Source: Candidatus Methylomirabilia bacterium (GTDB lineage Bacteria; Methylomirabilota; Methylomirabilia; Rokubacteriales; CSP1-6). From it: a DNA stretch of 38,334 nucleotides. The notes beneath the pieces were generated by a model. That model saw only the letters and a program-made list of their open reading frames with translations, did not search any database and was not told where the DNA came from. This document shows positions 23,761-33,100 of this stretch, in pieces. Where the stretch lies: assembly GCA_041492755.1 (NCBI GenBank), contig JBGPXN010000026.1, positions 1 to 38,334 on the forward strand. Reading direction: 5' to 3'. Both the position numbers and the translations under genes were made by a program. How positions within the stretch are numbered: the stretch's first letter is position 1; every line of letters starts with the position of its first letter.

Positions 23761-24744
23761 CTAGGGTCTTCGCGGGCGCAGAAACGCGACCGTGTCGCGC
23801 AGCGTGTCCTCCGCCGGCCGCGCCGTGAACCCCAGCTCGGCGCGGGCGCGCGCGTTGTCGAGAAACCAGAAGCGATATGCCATCTCCACCGTCGCGTCGT
23901 CCAGCGGGAACCGGCGGCCCACGAATCGATAGACTGCCCGCCCGAGCGCGGCGGCCTGACGGCTGCGGCGCTCGGAGACCGCCAGCGCCGGCGCGCGCAC
24001 GCCGCTCACACGGGCCAGCAGCGTGAAGAACTCCCGGACCGTCATGTTGTAGCTGCCGACGAGATAGCGCCGTCCGGGGACCCCGACCTCCATGGCGCGC
24101 ACGAAGGCGGGCACGGCGTCGCGGACGTCCACGAAGTTGAGCCCGCCGCTCGGGATCGTGTGGATGGCGCCCTCCAGGAACATCTTGACGTCGCCGGTGG
24201 ACGACAGCCGCTCGTCGCCCGGGCCGAGCAGCAGGCTCGGATTGAGGCTGATGACCTCGAGCCCGCGCGCCCCGTACGACAGCGCCAGCTTCTCCTGATA
24301 GATCTTGCTCAGGTAATAGGGCCACTGACCGACCACGTCGTTGGCGTACGGCGCCTCCTCGGTGTGCAGGACGGCGGTGCGACTCGCCGCGATCGTTCCG
24401 GACGAGGAGGACAGGACGATCCGCGGCCGGCCGGCGGCGAGCGCCAGCTCACAGAGCTGGCGGGTGCCGTCGACGTGCAGCTCGTAGAGCTCGGCCGCGC
24501 GCCCGGGATCGCGCGTCACCAGGCCGGCAAGGTGGAAGATGCCGGAGACCCCGTCGAGCGCCGACTGCACGACGCCCGGGTCGAGAACGTCCCCGCGAAC
24601 GACCTCGACGGTCGGGTTCCGATCCCACGGCGTCGGGCCGCGGGCGAGGACGCGGACGGTGGCGTCCGAGGTCAGCCGGAGAGAGTCGACAAGGTGGCGG
24701 CCCAGGAAGCCGGTGGCGCCGGTGACGAGGAGCACTCGGGCCAC
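23761..24744 (-). CDS. NAD-dependent epimerase/dehydratase (ElbE/HpnA-like extended SDR)
   Basis: TGATGFLG, FHLAG, SSS, YYLSK, LNPS...GPGD, VDVRD. Confidence 0.9.
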   Translation of the reverse strand: MARVLLVTGATGFLGRHLVDSLRLTSDATVRVLARGPTPWDRNPTVEVVRGDVLDPGVVQSALDGVSGIFHLAGLVTRDPGRAAELYELHVDGTRQLCELALAAGRPRIVLSSSSGTIAASRTAVLHTEEAPYANDVVGQWPYYLSKIYQEKLALSYGARGLEVISLNPSLLLGPGDERLSSTGDVKMFLEGAIHTIPSGGLNFVDVRDAVPAFVRAMEVGVPGRRYLVGSYNMTVREFFTLLARVSGVRAPALAVSERRSRQAAALGRAVYRFVGRRFPLDDATVEMAYRFWFLDNARARAELGFTARPAEDTLRDTVAFLRPRRP

Positions 24745-24748
24745 GATC

Positions 24749-26356
24749 TCACGAGTCCTCGACCTTCACCTGCTTGGAAAACTCGGGCCGGATCCAGCGC
24801 TCGATCCCCTTGGTGTGGACGTTGACCCAGTAGTCGGCCCAGTCGATGCGCTCCGGGTCCCAGATGAGGCGCTCGCGGTCGGCGTCGGTGAGCATGTCCC
24901 AGGTGGCGCGCATGTTGCGCGTCTCGAAGACGAAGTTGTTGTGGAACATGAACGGCAGGAACTTGTCCACGGTCTGCTCCTGCTGGCGGATGTGCCGGCG
25001 CGTGGCGCGCAGGCTCTTGAGGTAGGGGCCGACCAGCCGGTGCCCGAAGATGGCCTTCAGCAGATTCAAGAAGGCGTGGATGAGATCGAGACCACGATGC
25101 AGGCGGGCCCGCCGCGCCTCGAGCTGCTCCACCGTCACCGTGCGCGTCTCGACGTAGGTCCGCCACAGGTTCGCGAGCCGGTTGCCCGACCGCTTGTGCT
25201 TGTGCTTGAAGCGCGCGCGCATGCCGCCGAAGGCGACCAGCCGGGGCGGCAACAGCGGATTCTCGGCGGCGGTGGCGAGATGGTACACCGACGCGTTGCG
25301 GCCGGCGAGGGTCGCGGCGACGGCGGTGAGGATGCCGGTGGCGACGAGGTCGACGGGGATGACCTCGAGCGCGCCCTCCTTGCGAACCGGCCACGTCTTG
25401 AGACCGTCACCCGCCATGAGGACCAGCGGGGCCGAGGTGGTCAGCCCCTCGTTCCATCCCGGCATCGGGAACCGGAGGGCCGACTCCACGATGGCGGGCC
25501 GGACGATGCAGTACTCGAGGCCGGGCGTGCGCGCGATGAGCTGCTCGCCCATGGCCTTGGTGTACGTGTAGGTGTTGATCCAGCCCCACTGCTCGGCGCG
25601 GGCCATGCCCGCGTCACGAAGCTCGTCGCGCACCTTGCGGTCCCGCCGGCCCCGGCCGTCGGTGACGCGCGCCACCAGCCCTTCGCACCAGCGCAGCTCC
25701 GCGTCCACGTCGAAGGCCTCGTCGGTCGGGCCTTTGCGATACGGGTAGTAGCCGGGGATCGGGACGTCCTCGGCGATACGGCCGTTGCGCTTGCCGGCCA
25801 CGTAACACGTCGAGACGTGCACCAGCTTGGCGTCGAGCCGCTGCGTCAGCTCGATGAGGTGACGGACGCCGTACACGTTGATGAGCAGCGACTCGTCGAG
25901 CGGCGGGTCGAACTCCACGAGCCCGGCGGCGTTGATGACGAGGTCGACACGCCCGCGGAGCTCGGCCAGCCGGTCGGAACTCAGTCCGCACAGCGACTCG
26001 CTGAGATCGCCCTCGACCACGGTGACCTTCCGCCGGATGGCGTCCTCGCCCAGCTGGTCGCGCACCGGCCGGAGGGGCGGCGAGTCGAGGATCTCGTTGT
26101 AGAACCGCTGCTCCCCGCTGGCGAATCGCTTGCGGCGGACCTGGACCACCAGGCGCTTGACCTCGGGGAAGTGGTGCAGCAAGCCGGCCAGCAGCACCTT
26201 GCCGAGGAAGCCGGTGGCCCCCGAGACGAAGAGGCTGCTGTTGCGAAACTGCTCGACGGCGGAGATCTCGCCGCGCCCGTGGGTCACGGTCTCCACGTCG
26301 GGCTCGTATTCCCCGCGGATGGGGTTCCAGCGCCACGGACTGTAGTAGGTGGTCAC
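24749..26356 (-). CDS. Stand-alone fatty acyl-CoA reductase (male-sterility type; ElbD reductase domain-like)
   Basis: SGATGFLGKV, INAAGLV.F, HVSTCYVAG, NTYTYTKAMGEQ, IVRPAIVES..FP.PGWNEG, IPVD.V, C-terminal IDW..Y. Confidence 0.9.
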   Translation of the reverse strand: MTTYYSPWRWNPIRGEYEPDVETVTHGRGEISAVEQFRNSSLFVSGATGFLGKVLLAGLLHHFPEVKRLVVQVRRKRFASGEQRFYNEILDSPPLRPVRDQLGEDAIRRKVTVVEGDLSESLCGLSSDRLAELRGRVDLVINAAGLVEFDPPLDESLLINVYGVRHLIELTQRLDAKLVHVSTCYVAGKRNGRIAEDVPIPGYYPYRKGPTDEAFDVDAELRWCEGLVARVTDGRGRRDRKVRDELRDAGMARAEQWGWINTYTYTKAMGEQLIARTPGLEYCIVRPAIVESALRFPMPGWNEGLTTSAPLVLMAGDGLKTWPVRKEGALEVIPVDLVATGILTAVAATLAGRNASVYHLATAAENPLLPPRLVAFGGMRARFKHKHKRSGNRLANLWRTYVETRTVTVEQLEARRARLHRGLDLIHAFLNLLKAIFGHRLVGPYLKSLRATRRHIRQQEQTVDKFLPFMFHNNFVFETRNMRATWDMLTDADRERLIWDPERIDWADYWVNVHTKGIERWIRPEFSKQVKVEDS

Positions 26357-26390
26357 GAGTCGAGCCCGCCCCGGCCGGCCACCAGCGCCA

Positions 26391-28028
26391 TCAGGGCCGG
26401 GTCGGAACCGCTTCCGCCACGCCGTGGACGTCGGTCATCAGAATCGGCGGGAAGTGCAGCAGCGTGATGCTCGGCGGCCGTCCCACGTGCGACTGCGCCA
26501 TCTCGAGCGCCTCGTCCATCGACCGGGCCGTATCCCAGCCCATCATTGCGGGCACGCGCGCGTTGTCGGCGCCGACCACGATGACCTTGCCGACGTGGGC
26601 CTGGCCGTTCTCCGCCCAGTACCACATGTAGAACGGGTGGACACCGTGGTACGCGTTGCCCTCACGGTACATCTTGACGTACGCCGGGTCTCGCGCGAAC
26701 TCCTCCTCGTACTTCTGCTGCATCACGAACGAGTCGCGCGTCTCCGGCAGGATGCGGTTGAAGAACTCGATGTACGACGGATGGACCTTCGGGTCGAAGG
26801 CGTCCGAGCACGGGTGGGTGAAGATGACCACGCCGTTCTTCTTCACCACCGGCAGGTACCGGTAGAAGTTGAACAGATAGCCGAGGGCAACGCACCGGAC
26901 CAGCAGCGGGTTCAGGATCGAGTTCACGTTGTACGGCGAGATGTGGGTCAGGCCGAAGACGACGACGTCCGACTGGCCGTCGATCGGAACGCAGTACTGA
27001 TCGAAGCAGTACTTCAAGATCTTGTCGTGCGTGGGCTCGGTGGCGCCGGCGTGGACGCCGATCACGTCGTAGGCGGCGGGGATGCGCCGGTAGATCTGCC
27101 GCTTGGTGGAGATGGACAGCCGGTCGAGCGCGGCCCGGGTCGCGCGCATCTTGAGCCAGTCCAGCCGCGACCAGCCGTCCTCGTTCCGGCCGAGGAAGCT
27201 CGCGATCGGGTCGAACATGCGGTTGTTGAGCGCGGTCTCGATGTGGAAGACGTTCACGTGCTGGTCGACGACGCGACCGATCCGGTTGCACGACCGACTC
27301 AGCTCCGAGCGTCCCGGGTCCATGTACGAGTCGGAGGCGAGGATGGCCTGGGGCGTGTGGTGAGCGCGCAGGGTCGGGTAGTCGCAGAGTCCCACGCCCA
27401 CCGACTTGTGCCCGCCGTCCATCGGCACCAGGTTGATGTTCACGTAGATCAGCAGGTCCGACTCCGCGGCCCGCCGGTTGAGCCGGACACGCTCGCCGTG
27501 CGCGGTCCGCTCGAGCTCCACCATCCCGTCCGGATCCTCGCCGTCGTGGTTGTAGTAGCGCTTCGGGTAAAACGCATCGAAGATCTTCCGCCCCACGCAC
27601 CGGCGCATCTCGCCCGGGGTGAGCCGCCGGTGGAACGAGTTCGCGATGATGACGTGCACGTCCGGCACGCCCCGGTCGGCCAGGAGCTCCAGGACCACTT
27701 CCAGGATGGACTGGCGCACGTCGGGCGTCTTCATCATCGGCAACGGCAGCGAGATGTCGTCGATGGCGATGGTGACCTTCATCCCCGGCCGCAGCAGGGC
27801 GGACAGCGGGTCGCTGCTCTCCGGATGCTCGATGGCGTGGCGGATGGCGGCCTTGCGATCGCGAAGTCCCGGGATCGGCGGCTTCGCGTACACGACGCGC
27901 GTGCCCGCGGGCAGCCGCACCGGCACCAGGTCCTCGCCGCTGAAGAGCACGCGTGGTGCGGAGTCGCGCTCCAGGTGGATCACGCAATCCTTGGCGGCGA
28001 CGACGGGGTCCCAGCCTTCGTACGCCAT
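26391..28028 (-). CDS. Lactate racemase (LarA/DUF2088) domain protein, ElbC-like
   Basis: AI.HP....PL......KVTIAIDD.S.P, A...HR..T..E, NH.., N......DL.I, GG.KS; ATG 28028 overlaps the HAD gene stop (TGATG). Confidence 0.8.
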   Translation of the reverse strand: MAYEGWDPVVAAKDCVIHLERDSAPRVLFSGEDLVPVRLPAGTRVVYAKPPIPGLRDRKAAIRHAIEHPESSDPLSALLRPGMKVTIAIDDISLPLPMMKTPDVRQSILEVVLELLADRGVPDVHVIIANSFHRRLTPGEMRRCVGRKIFDAFYPKRYYNHDGEDPDGMVELERTAHGERVRLNRRAAESDLLIYVNINLVPMDGGHKSVGVGLCDYPTLRAHHTPQAILASDSYMDPGRSELSRSCNRIGRVVDQHVNVFHIETALNNRMFDPIASFLGRNEDGWSRLDWLKMRATRAALDRLSISTKRQIYRRIPAAYDVIGVHAGATEPTHDKILKYCFDQYCVPIDGQSDVVVFGLTHISPYNVNSILNPLLVRCVALGYLFNFYRYLPVVKKNGVVIFTHPCSDAFDPKVHPSYIEFFNRILPETRDSFVMQQKYEEEFARDPAYVKMYREGNAYHGVHPFYMWYWAENGQAHVGKVIVVGADNARVPAMMGWDTARSMDEALEMAQSHVGRPPSITLLHFPPILMTDVHGVAEAVPTRP

Positions 28029-28795
28029 CAGAACACCTTGCCGGGACTGACCGCGCCGGATTTCACCATCGGGGCGCCCGACGGCAGGAAGCGGCCGAGC
28101 CGCGAGACGTCTTCGTCCGGCGACGACAGGTCGAGGACGGGCCAGCCCCGGCGCTGGGCGATACGGCGGAGCCGGCGCGTCGGGTTGGTGGCGACGGGCA
28201 TCCCGGTCACGACCAGCATCGGGATGTCGGAGGTGGTGTCGGAGAAGGCGCACGACTGATCGAGGTCGATGCCCTCGCGCTCGGCGTACTCGCGGATGAT
28301 GCGCGCCTTCTCGGACTCCGCGACCAGCGGCGGCATCACGCGGCCGGTGGCCACGTGGTTCTTGAACTCGAGCCGGTTGCAGATCACCTCTTCGATCCCG
28401 AAGTGCAGCGCGATCGGGCGCACGGTGAAATCCAGCGCGCCGGTGGTGAGCACGTTGCGATAGCCCTGCTCGCGCGTCCAGCGGATGAGCTCCAGGGCCC
28501 GCGGGTAGACGGACGGCTTGAGCGTGACCTCGAACAGATCGTCGGCGAGGCCGATCAGGCGGTCGCGATGCATGTGGCGGTACACCCGGAAGAAGTAGAG
28601 ATTGAACAGCGTGCGCGAGTAGAGGTCGAGGCCGATGAAGAGCGGCACGTTGAGGAGCGCCTTGGTCAGGCGATAGAAGGCTTCGCCGAGGGAGCGGTCG
28701 TTGCGGGCGTAGTAGGCATACGTCGTGACGAGATTGCAGGTCAGCAGGGTTCCATCGAGGTCGTAGAAGGCGGCCCGGCGCGTCTTGCTCGTCAC
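28028..28795 (-). CDS. HAD-IB family phosphatase (ElbB-like)
   Basis: AAFYDLDGTL, TG(A), EK, AFSDT.SD.PML, NP..RL...A..RGW; GTG 28795. Confidence 0.9.
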   Translation of the reverse strand: MTSKTRRAAFYDLDGTLLTCNLVTTYAYYARNDRSLGEAFYRLTKALLNVPLFIGLDLYSRTLFNLYFFRVYRHMHRDRLIGLADDLFEVTLKPSVYPRALELIRWTREQGYRNVLTTGALDFTVRPIALHFGIEEVICNRLEFKNHVATGRVMPPLVAESEKARIIREYAEREGIDLDQSCAFSDTTSDIPMLVVTGMPVATNPTRRLRRIAQRRGWPVLDLSSPDEDVSRLGRFLPSGAPMVKSGAVSPGKVF

Positions 28796-28804
28796 GGCCG
28801 CCCG

Positions 28805-28810
28805 ATTATA
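28805..28810 (-). promoter_or_regulatory. Consensus -10 box of the lipid operon
   Basis: TATAAT on the minus strand 9 nt upstream of the GTG, in otherwise very GC-rich DNA. Confidence 0.5.
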
Positions 28811-28815
28811 GAGCC

Positions 28816-28912
28816 TCGGAGGGGGGCTGCGCCCCCCTTCCGACGCTGCGCGGGCCGTTGGCCCGCTTCGCTGCCTCCCCCCAGGATTGCGCCGGCGAAG
28901 CCGGCGCTCGAA
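28816..28912. repeat. Intergenic palindromic repeat (inverted orientation, extra internal hairpin)
   Basis: Minus strand: TTCGA + gcgccggc-ttc-gccggcgc + G-run + gcgggcc-aac-ggcccgc + tcggaagggggg..cccccctccga. Confidence 0.7.
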
Positions 28913-28927
28913 CCACATCCTCCATCG

Positions 28928-29920
28928 CTAGGCGGCGAAGGCGGGCATCACGTGCCGGGAGATCAGGTCCAGCTCGGTCATGATGTGGCGGTGGGGCATC
29001 TCCGGGAAGAACGTACGACAGATGAGGTGGGTCATCCCGTATTGTTCTACGAGGCGGCGGATCTGGCGGATGCACTGGTCGGGGCCGCCGATGATGAAGC
29101 GGTCCGCCATTAGCTGGTCCAGATCGGTCGCGATGCTGGCGTCGATGAACGGGTGCCGCCAGCCGCCCGCGTACTCGCGCCGGTAGGCGACCATGATGTG
29201 CTCCTCGGCCAGCTCACGAGCTTTCCGATCGGTTTCGGCGATGATGACGTCCCGCGTGAGTGGCCACTCCGTGATCGCCGTCGTGCGGCCGGCCGCCCGG
29301 CGGTTGGCGAGGAATTGCTGCTTGCCGGCCAGCAGTCGCTTGAGATCGGCCGTGGGTCCCGGAATCCAGTTGTCGGCCAGGGTGGCCGCGCGCCGCAACG
29401 TGACGTCGCCCCAGCCGCCGATCCAGACCGGTGGGTGGGGCCGCGTCACCGGCTTGGGCTCCAGCCGTCCCGACACCGTGTAGTAGGTGCCCTTGAAGTC
29501 GATGCGCTCCTCGGTCCACAGGCCCTTCACGATCGCGAGCTGCTCCTCGAAGCGCGCGCCCCGCTTCTCGAGGTTCACGCCGTAGAGCGCGAACTCGTCG
29601 GGCTTGTAGCCGATCGCGATGCCGAGCACCATGCGGCCGTTCGACATCACGTCCAGCAGCGCGACGTCCTCGGCGAGCCGGGCCGGATGGTAGAAGGCGG
29701 CGACCAGGATGTCCGTGCCCAGCAGCAGGCGCGACGTGCGGGTGGCGAAGCCGGCGAGCACCGGCAGCGGCGACGGCCAGTAGTGATTGGTGACGGAGTG
29801 ATGCTCCTCCATCCACACGGAGTCGAAGCCGAGGTCCTCGGCCCGCGTGACCTCCTCCAGGGCTTCCTTGTAGTAGTGCCCGCCCTCGATGGGGATAAAG
29901 CCGATCTTCAGTCGCGCCAT
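28928..29920 (-). CDS. LLM-class flavin-dependent oxidoreductase
   Basis: AEDLGFDSVWMEEHH, HP.RLAED.A.LD..S.GR, PKP...PHPP.WIGG. Confidence 0.92.
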   Translation of the reverse strand: MARLKIGFIPIEGGHYYKEALEEVTRAEDLGFDSVWMEEHHSVTNHYWPSPLPVLAGFATRTSRLLLGTDILVAAFYHPARLAEDVALLDVMSNGRMVLGIAIGYKPDEFALYGVNLEKRGARFEEQLAIVKGLWTEERIDFKGTYYTVSGRLEPKPVTRPHPPVWIGGWGDVTLRRAATLADNWIPGPTADLKRLLAGKQQFLANRRAAGRTTAITEWPLTRDVIIAETDRKARELAEEHIMVAYRREYAGGWRHPFIDASIATDLDQLMADRFIIGGPDQCIRQIRRLVEQYGMTHLICRTFFPEMPHRHIMTELDLISRHVMPAFAA

Positions 29921-29988
29921 GGGTCCCCCTTGGATGCCACGCCCTAGCAGCCTATCATCGCCCGAGGACATTCGCCGAGGAGGAGACC

Positions 29989-30354
29989 ATGACGCCCACG
30001 CGAGGGTTCGCCGAGCTCAAGAATTTGCCGGAGGAAAAGGTGACGGACAAGATCTCGCGCCGGATCCTGACCGGCGAGAAAGCGATGGTCGTCTGGTGGT
30101 CGATGAAGGCCGGCGCGCACGCGGCCGCGCATCACCATCCGCACGAGCAGGTCTTCTGGGTCGTGTCGGGCACGATGGACTTCCGGCTCGGCGAGCAGCG
30201 CCGCACGTGTCGCGCGGGCGATCTCGGGGTGATTCCCGGCGGGGTGGAGCACGAGGCCTGGTTTCCCGACGACACCGAGGTCGTCGACGTCTTCGCGCCG
30301 CCGCGGGAGGACTTCCTCACCCACGAGGTGCCCGCGTACATGCGCAAGGGATAA
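29989..30354 (+). CDS. Cupin domain protein
   Basis: H.HPHEQ...V.SG, GD...IPGGVEH, DVFAPPREDF; SD aggaggag. Confidence 0.9.
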   Translation: MTPTRGFAELKNLPEEKVTDKISRRILTGEKAMVVWWSMKAGAHAAAHHHPHEQVFWVVSGTMDFRLGEQRRTCRAGDLGVIPGGVEHEAWFPDDTEVVDVFAPPREDFLTHEVPAYMRKG

Positions 30355-30356
30355 AG

Positions 30357-31970
30357 ATGACCGCGATGCCGGGCGAGTTCACCGCCGGGGAGCGCGCCGC
30401 CCTCGCCCCCCACGTCACCGACCTCGATGGCCCGGTCTTCGCGCTGACCAACCTGCCGGAAGTGGTGAAAGGGGCGCTCTTCGCCCGCTACTCACGCTCC
30501 CCGAAGTCGCTTCGCCGCCTTTTCCTCGACGAGTTCCGCACGCCCGACAGCGCGGCCGGGGCCACCGGCGCGATGAGCACGGCGCGCGCGGAGCAGCTCT
30601 ACGAGCGCATGCTCGTCGAGTACGGGGACGACTCGGTGGCCCAGCTCGGTGGGGTTCATCTCGCGGTGGAAGGCGCCTCCAACATCCTCACCAAGGTCCT
30701 CGAGTGGGGCCGCCTCATGGCCTACCTCGAGCAATCCACGCGGTACGTGCCCTACGACGATCGGCCCGGGGGCCGCTGGCGTTACCACGTGCCGGTCGAG
30801 CTGACCGGCGCGCTGCGCGCGCGCTACGTCGCGACCCTGGACGGTGCCTTCGAGACCTACGCGCGATGGGTGCCCAGGATGCGGGAGTTCTACACCGCGC
30901 GGTTCCCGCGCGCCGCCGGCGACTCCGAGCAGGTCTACCGGATGACCATCCGGGCCAAGGCGCTCGACACGCTCCGCGGGTTGCTGCCGGCCGCCACCGT
31001 GTCCAACGTCGGCATCTACGGCACGGCCCAGGCCTACGAGCAGCTCCTGCTCCGCATGCGCGCCCATCCCCTGGCCGAGGTCCGCGGCTGCGCGGACGCG
31101 ATGCTCCGCGAGCTGCGCAAGGTCATCCCCGCGTTCCTGCGTCGCGTGGACGTGCCCGACCGCGGCGGCGCGTGGTCGGCGTATCTCGCGGAGACACGCG
31201 CCGAGACCCGGCGGGCCGCCGAGCACGTGCTTGGCGGCGTCAAGGCCGAGCCGCGGCCCGAGGTGACGCTGACCGATTTCGATCCGGACGGCGAGACGAA
31301 GGTCGTGGCCGCGGCGCTCTATGCGGCCTCGGAGCTTCCCGACGATCAGCTCCTCGCGATCGCCCGTGAGCTCACGCCCGCGGACCGCCGCCAGGTGCTC
31401 GAGGCCTATCTCGGCCGGCGGACCAACCGGCGCCACCGTCCGGGCCGGGCCTTCGAGCGCACCGGCTACCGCTTCGACGTCCTCGCCGACTACGGCGCGT
31501 TCCGCGATCTGCAGCGTCACCGGCTGCTCACGCTCGAGTGGCAGCGCCTCTCGCCGCGCCACGGCTACGTCACCCCGGACGCCGTCGACGAGGCCGGCGC
31601 GGGCGACGACTGGACGCGGGTGATGGACGGTTCGGCCGCGCTTCACGACGCGATCGAGGCCGCCGGGCTCCCGGACCTCGCTCCGTACGCCGTCGCGATG
31701 GCGTACCGCGTCCGCTTCTACCTGGACATGAACGCGCGCGAGGCCATGCACCTGATCGAGCTGCGTACGGCGCCGCAAGGGCATCCGGCCTATCGGCGGG
31801 TCTGCCAGCGGATGCACCGGCTGATCGCCGAGGTCGCCGGCCACCACGCGATCGCGGCCGCCATGAGCTTCGCCGACCACTCCGCGGTGGAGCTCGAGCG
31901 GTTGGAGGCCGAGCGCGCCGCGGCGCGCCGGCGCGGAGACCAGCCTCCCGCCCGTCCGGATCACGCCTGA
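30357..31970 (+). CDS. thyX: FAD-dependent thymidylate synthase, tandem-domain ThyX type
   Basis: LFARYSRS, YGDDSVAQLG, YLEQSTRY, RGLLPAAT..N.G, FRDLQRHR, N.RE..H..ELR...QGH..YR. Confidence 0.85.
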   Translation: MTAMPGEFTAGERAALAPHVTDLDGPVFALTNLPEVVKGALFARYSRSPKSLRRLFLDEFRTPDSAAGATGAMSTARAEQLYERMLVEYGDDSVAQLGGVHLAVEGASNILTKVLEWGRLMAYLEQSTRYVPYDDRPGGRWRYHVPVELTGALRARYVATLDGAFETYARWVPRMREFYTARFPRAAGDSEQVYRMTIRAKALDTLRGLLPAATVSNVGIYGTAQAYEQLLLRMRAHPLAEVRGCADAMLRELRKVIPAFLRRVDVPDRGGAWSAYLAETRAETRRAAEHVLGGVKAEPRPEVTLTDFDPDGETKVVAAALYAASELPDDQLLAIARELTPADRRQVLEAYLGRRTNRRHRPGRAFERTGYRFDVLADYGAFRDLQRHRLLTLEWQRLSPRHGYVTPDAVDEAGAGDDWTRVMDGSAALHDAIEAAGLPDLAPYAVAMAYRVRFYLDMNAREAMHLIELRTAPQGHPAYRRVCQRMHRLIAEVAGHHAIAAAMSFADHSAVELERLEAERAAARRRGDQPPARPDHA

Positions 31971-32076
31971 GCGAGCACGCGATCGCGCGCTTGCCCGGGG
32001 GTGCTCCCGCCGTTGACAATTGATCGGTCGATCGATACAGGCGCCCGCGGCGGGGCGCTCGAGCCGGAGGGACTTC

Positions 32077-32673
32077 ATGGCGACCGAGCGGCACGAGGAT
32101 CTCAAGGCCAAGGCGCGCAACTATCTCCATGCCCGCGGCACGCGCGTCGCCGCCCGTGTCGTCCACGAGCGGGTGGCGGCCGCCTTCACGGCTCTGGACG
32201 AGACGCTCGACATGGTGACGGCGGCGCAGGTGGGCGCGCGACCGTTGCCCGGCGAGTGGACCGTGCAGGAGGTCGTCGATCACCTGATCGAGACGCATCG
32301 ACCCGGTGTCGACGAGCTCCGGTGCCTGCTCGCGGGCCAGCGCCCGCCGGGCGACGCGATTCCCGCGAGCCTCCTCTCCAAGGCGCCGGCGCTCCGGCCC
32401 TGGTCCTGGTTGCGCCGCGAGCTGCGGCACGTCCACGACGATATCCTCGGGCTGCTGGCCACGGTCCCGGACGACTTCGAGACGAGCGCGCGCGCGCCGC
32501 TCGTCATGGTCGTGAACGCCCCCGGGACCGACGGTGGGGTCGTCCAGGTGCATTGGGTGGAGGAGCTGGACTGGAAGGCCTACGCCATCACCTGGCGCCT
32601 GCACGCGCTCGATCATCGGAACCAGATCCACAAGACCCTGAGCGCGATGGCGACGGCCGCGGCCCCGGCATGA
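32077..32673 (+). CDS. DinB-family protein
   Basis: P.PGEWTV.EVVDHL and H...H..QI metal-binding His pattern. Confidence 0.8.
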   Translation: MATERHEDLKAKARNYLHARGTRVAARVVHERVAAAFTALDETLDMVTAAQVGARPLPGEWTVQEVVDHLIETHRPGVDELRCLLAGQRPPGDAIPASLLSKAPALRPWSWLRRELRHVHDDILGLLATVPDDFETSARAPLVMVVNAPGTDGGVVQVHWVEELDWKAYAITWRLHALDHRNQIHKTLSAMATAAAPA

Positions 32674-33074
32674 CGGGTGCGGCCGAGCTGCAGCGGGTGC
32701 TCGAGGACGCGGCATTCGTGACGACCTACGGATTCCGCGTGGAGGCCGCGGGTGACGGCGAGTGCACGGTCGCGGTGCCGTTCCGCCCGTCGCACGAGCG
32801 GCCCGGCGGCATCGTGAGCGGTCCGGTCTTCATGGCCGCGGCCGACGTGGCGATGTGGCTGGCGATCCTGAGCCGGCTGGGGCCGGCCGACCGCTCGGTG
32901 ACGTCGGGGATGACGACCGCCTTCCTCAGCGCGGCGCGGCGCGAGGACTTCCTTTGCACCGCGCGGATCGTCCGGCTCGGCCATCGCGCGATCTACGGCG
33001 TGGCGGAGTGCGTCGCCAACGACTCGCGGCTTCTCAGCCACCACACCGTGACCTACACGCGCCCGCCGGCGTGA
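32670..33074 (+). CDS. PaaI-family hotdog thioesterase
   Basis: G.VSG.V.MAAADVAM, T.FL..A, A.....G.R; ATGA overlap. Confidence 0.85.
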   Translation: MTGAAELQRVLEDAAFVTTYGFRVEAAGDGECTVAVPFRPSHERPGGIVSGPVFMAAADVAMWLAILSRLGPADRSVTSGMTTAFLSAARREDFLCTARIVRLGHRAIYGVAECVANDSRLLSHHTVTYTRPPA

Positions 33075-33100
33075 GCGGTGGGCGCGCCGCCGCGACTACT

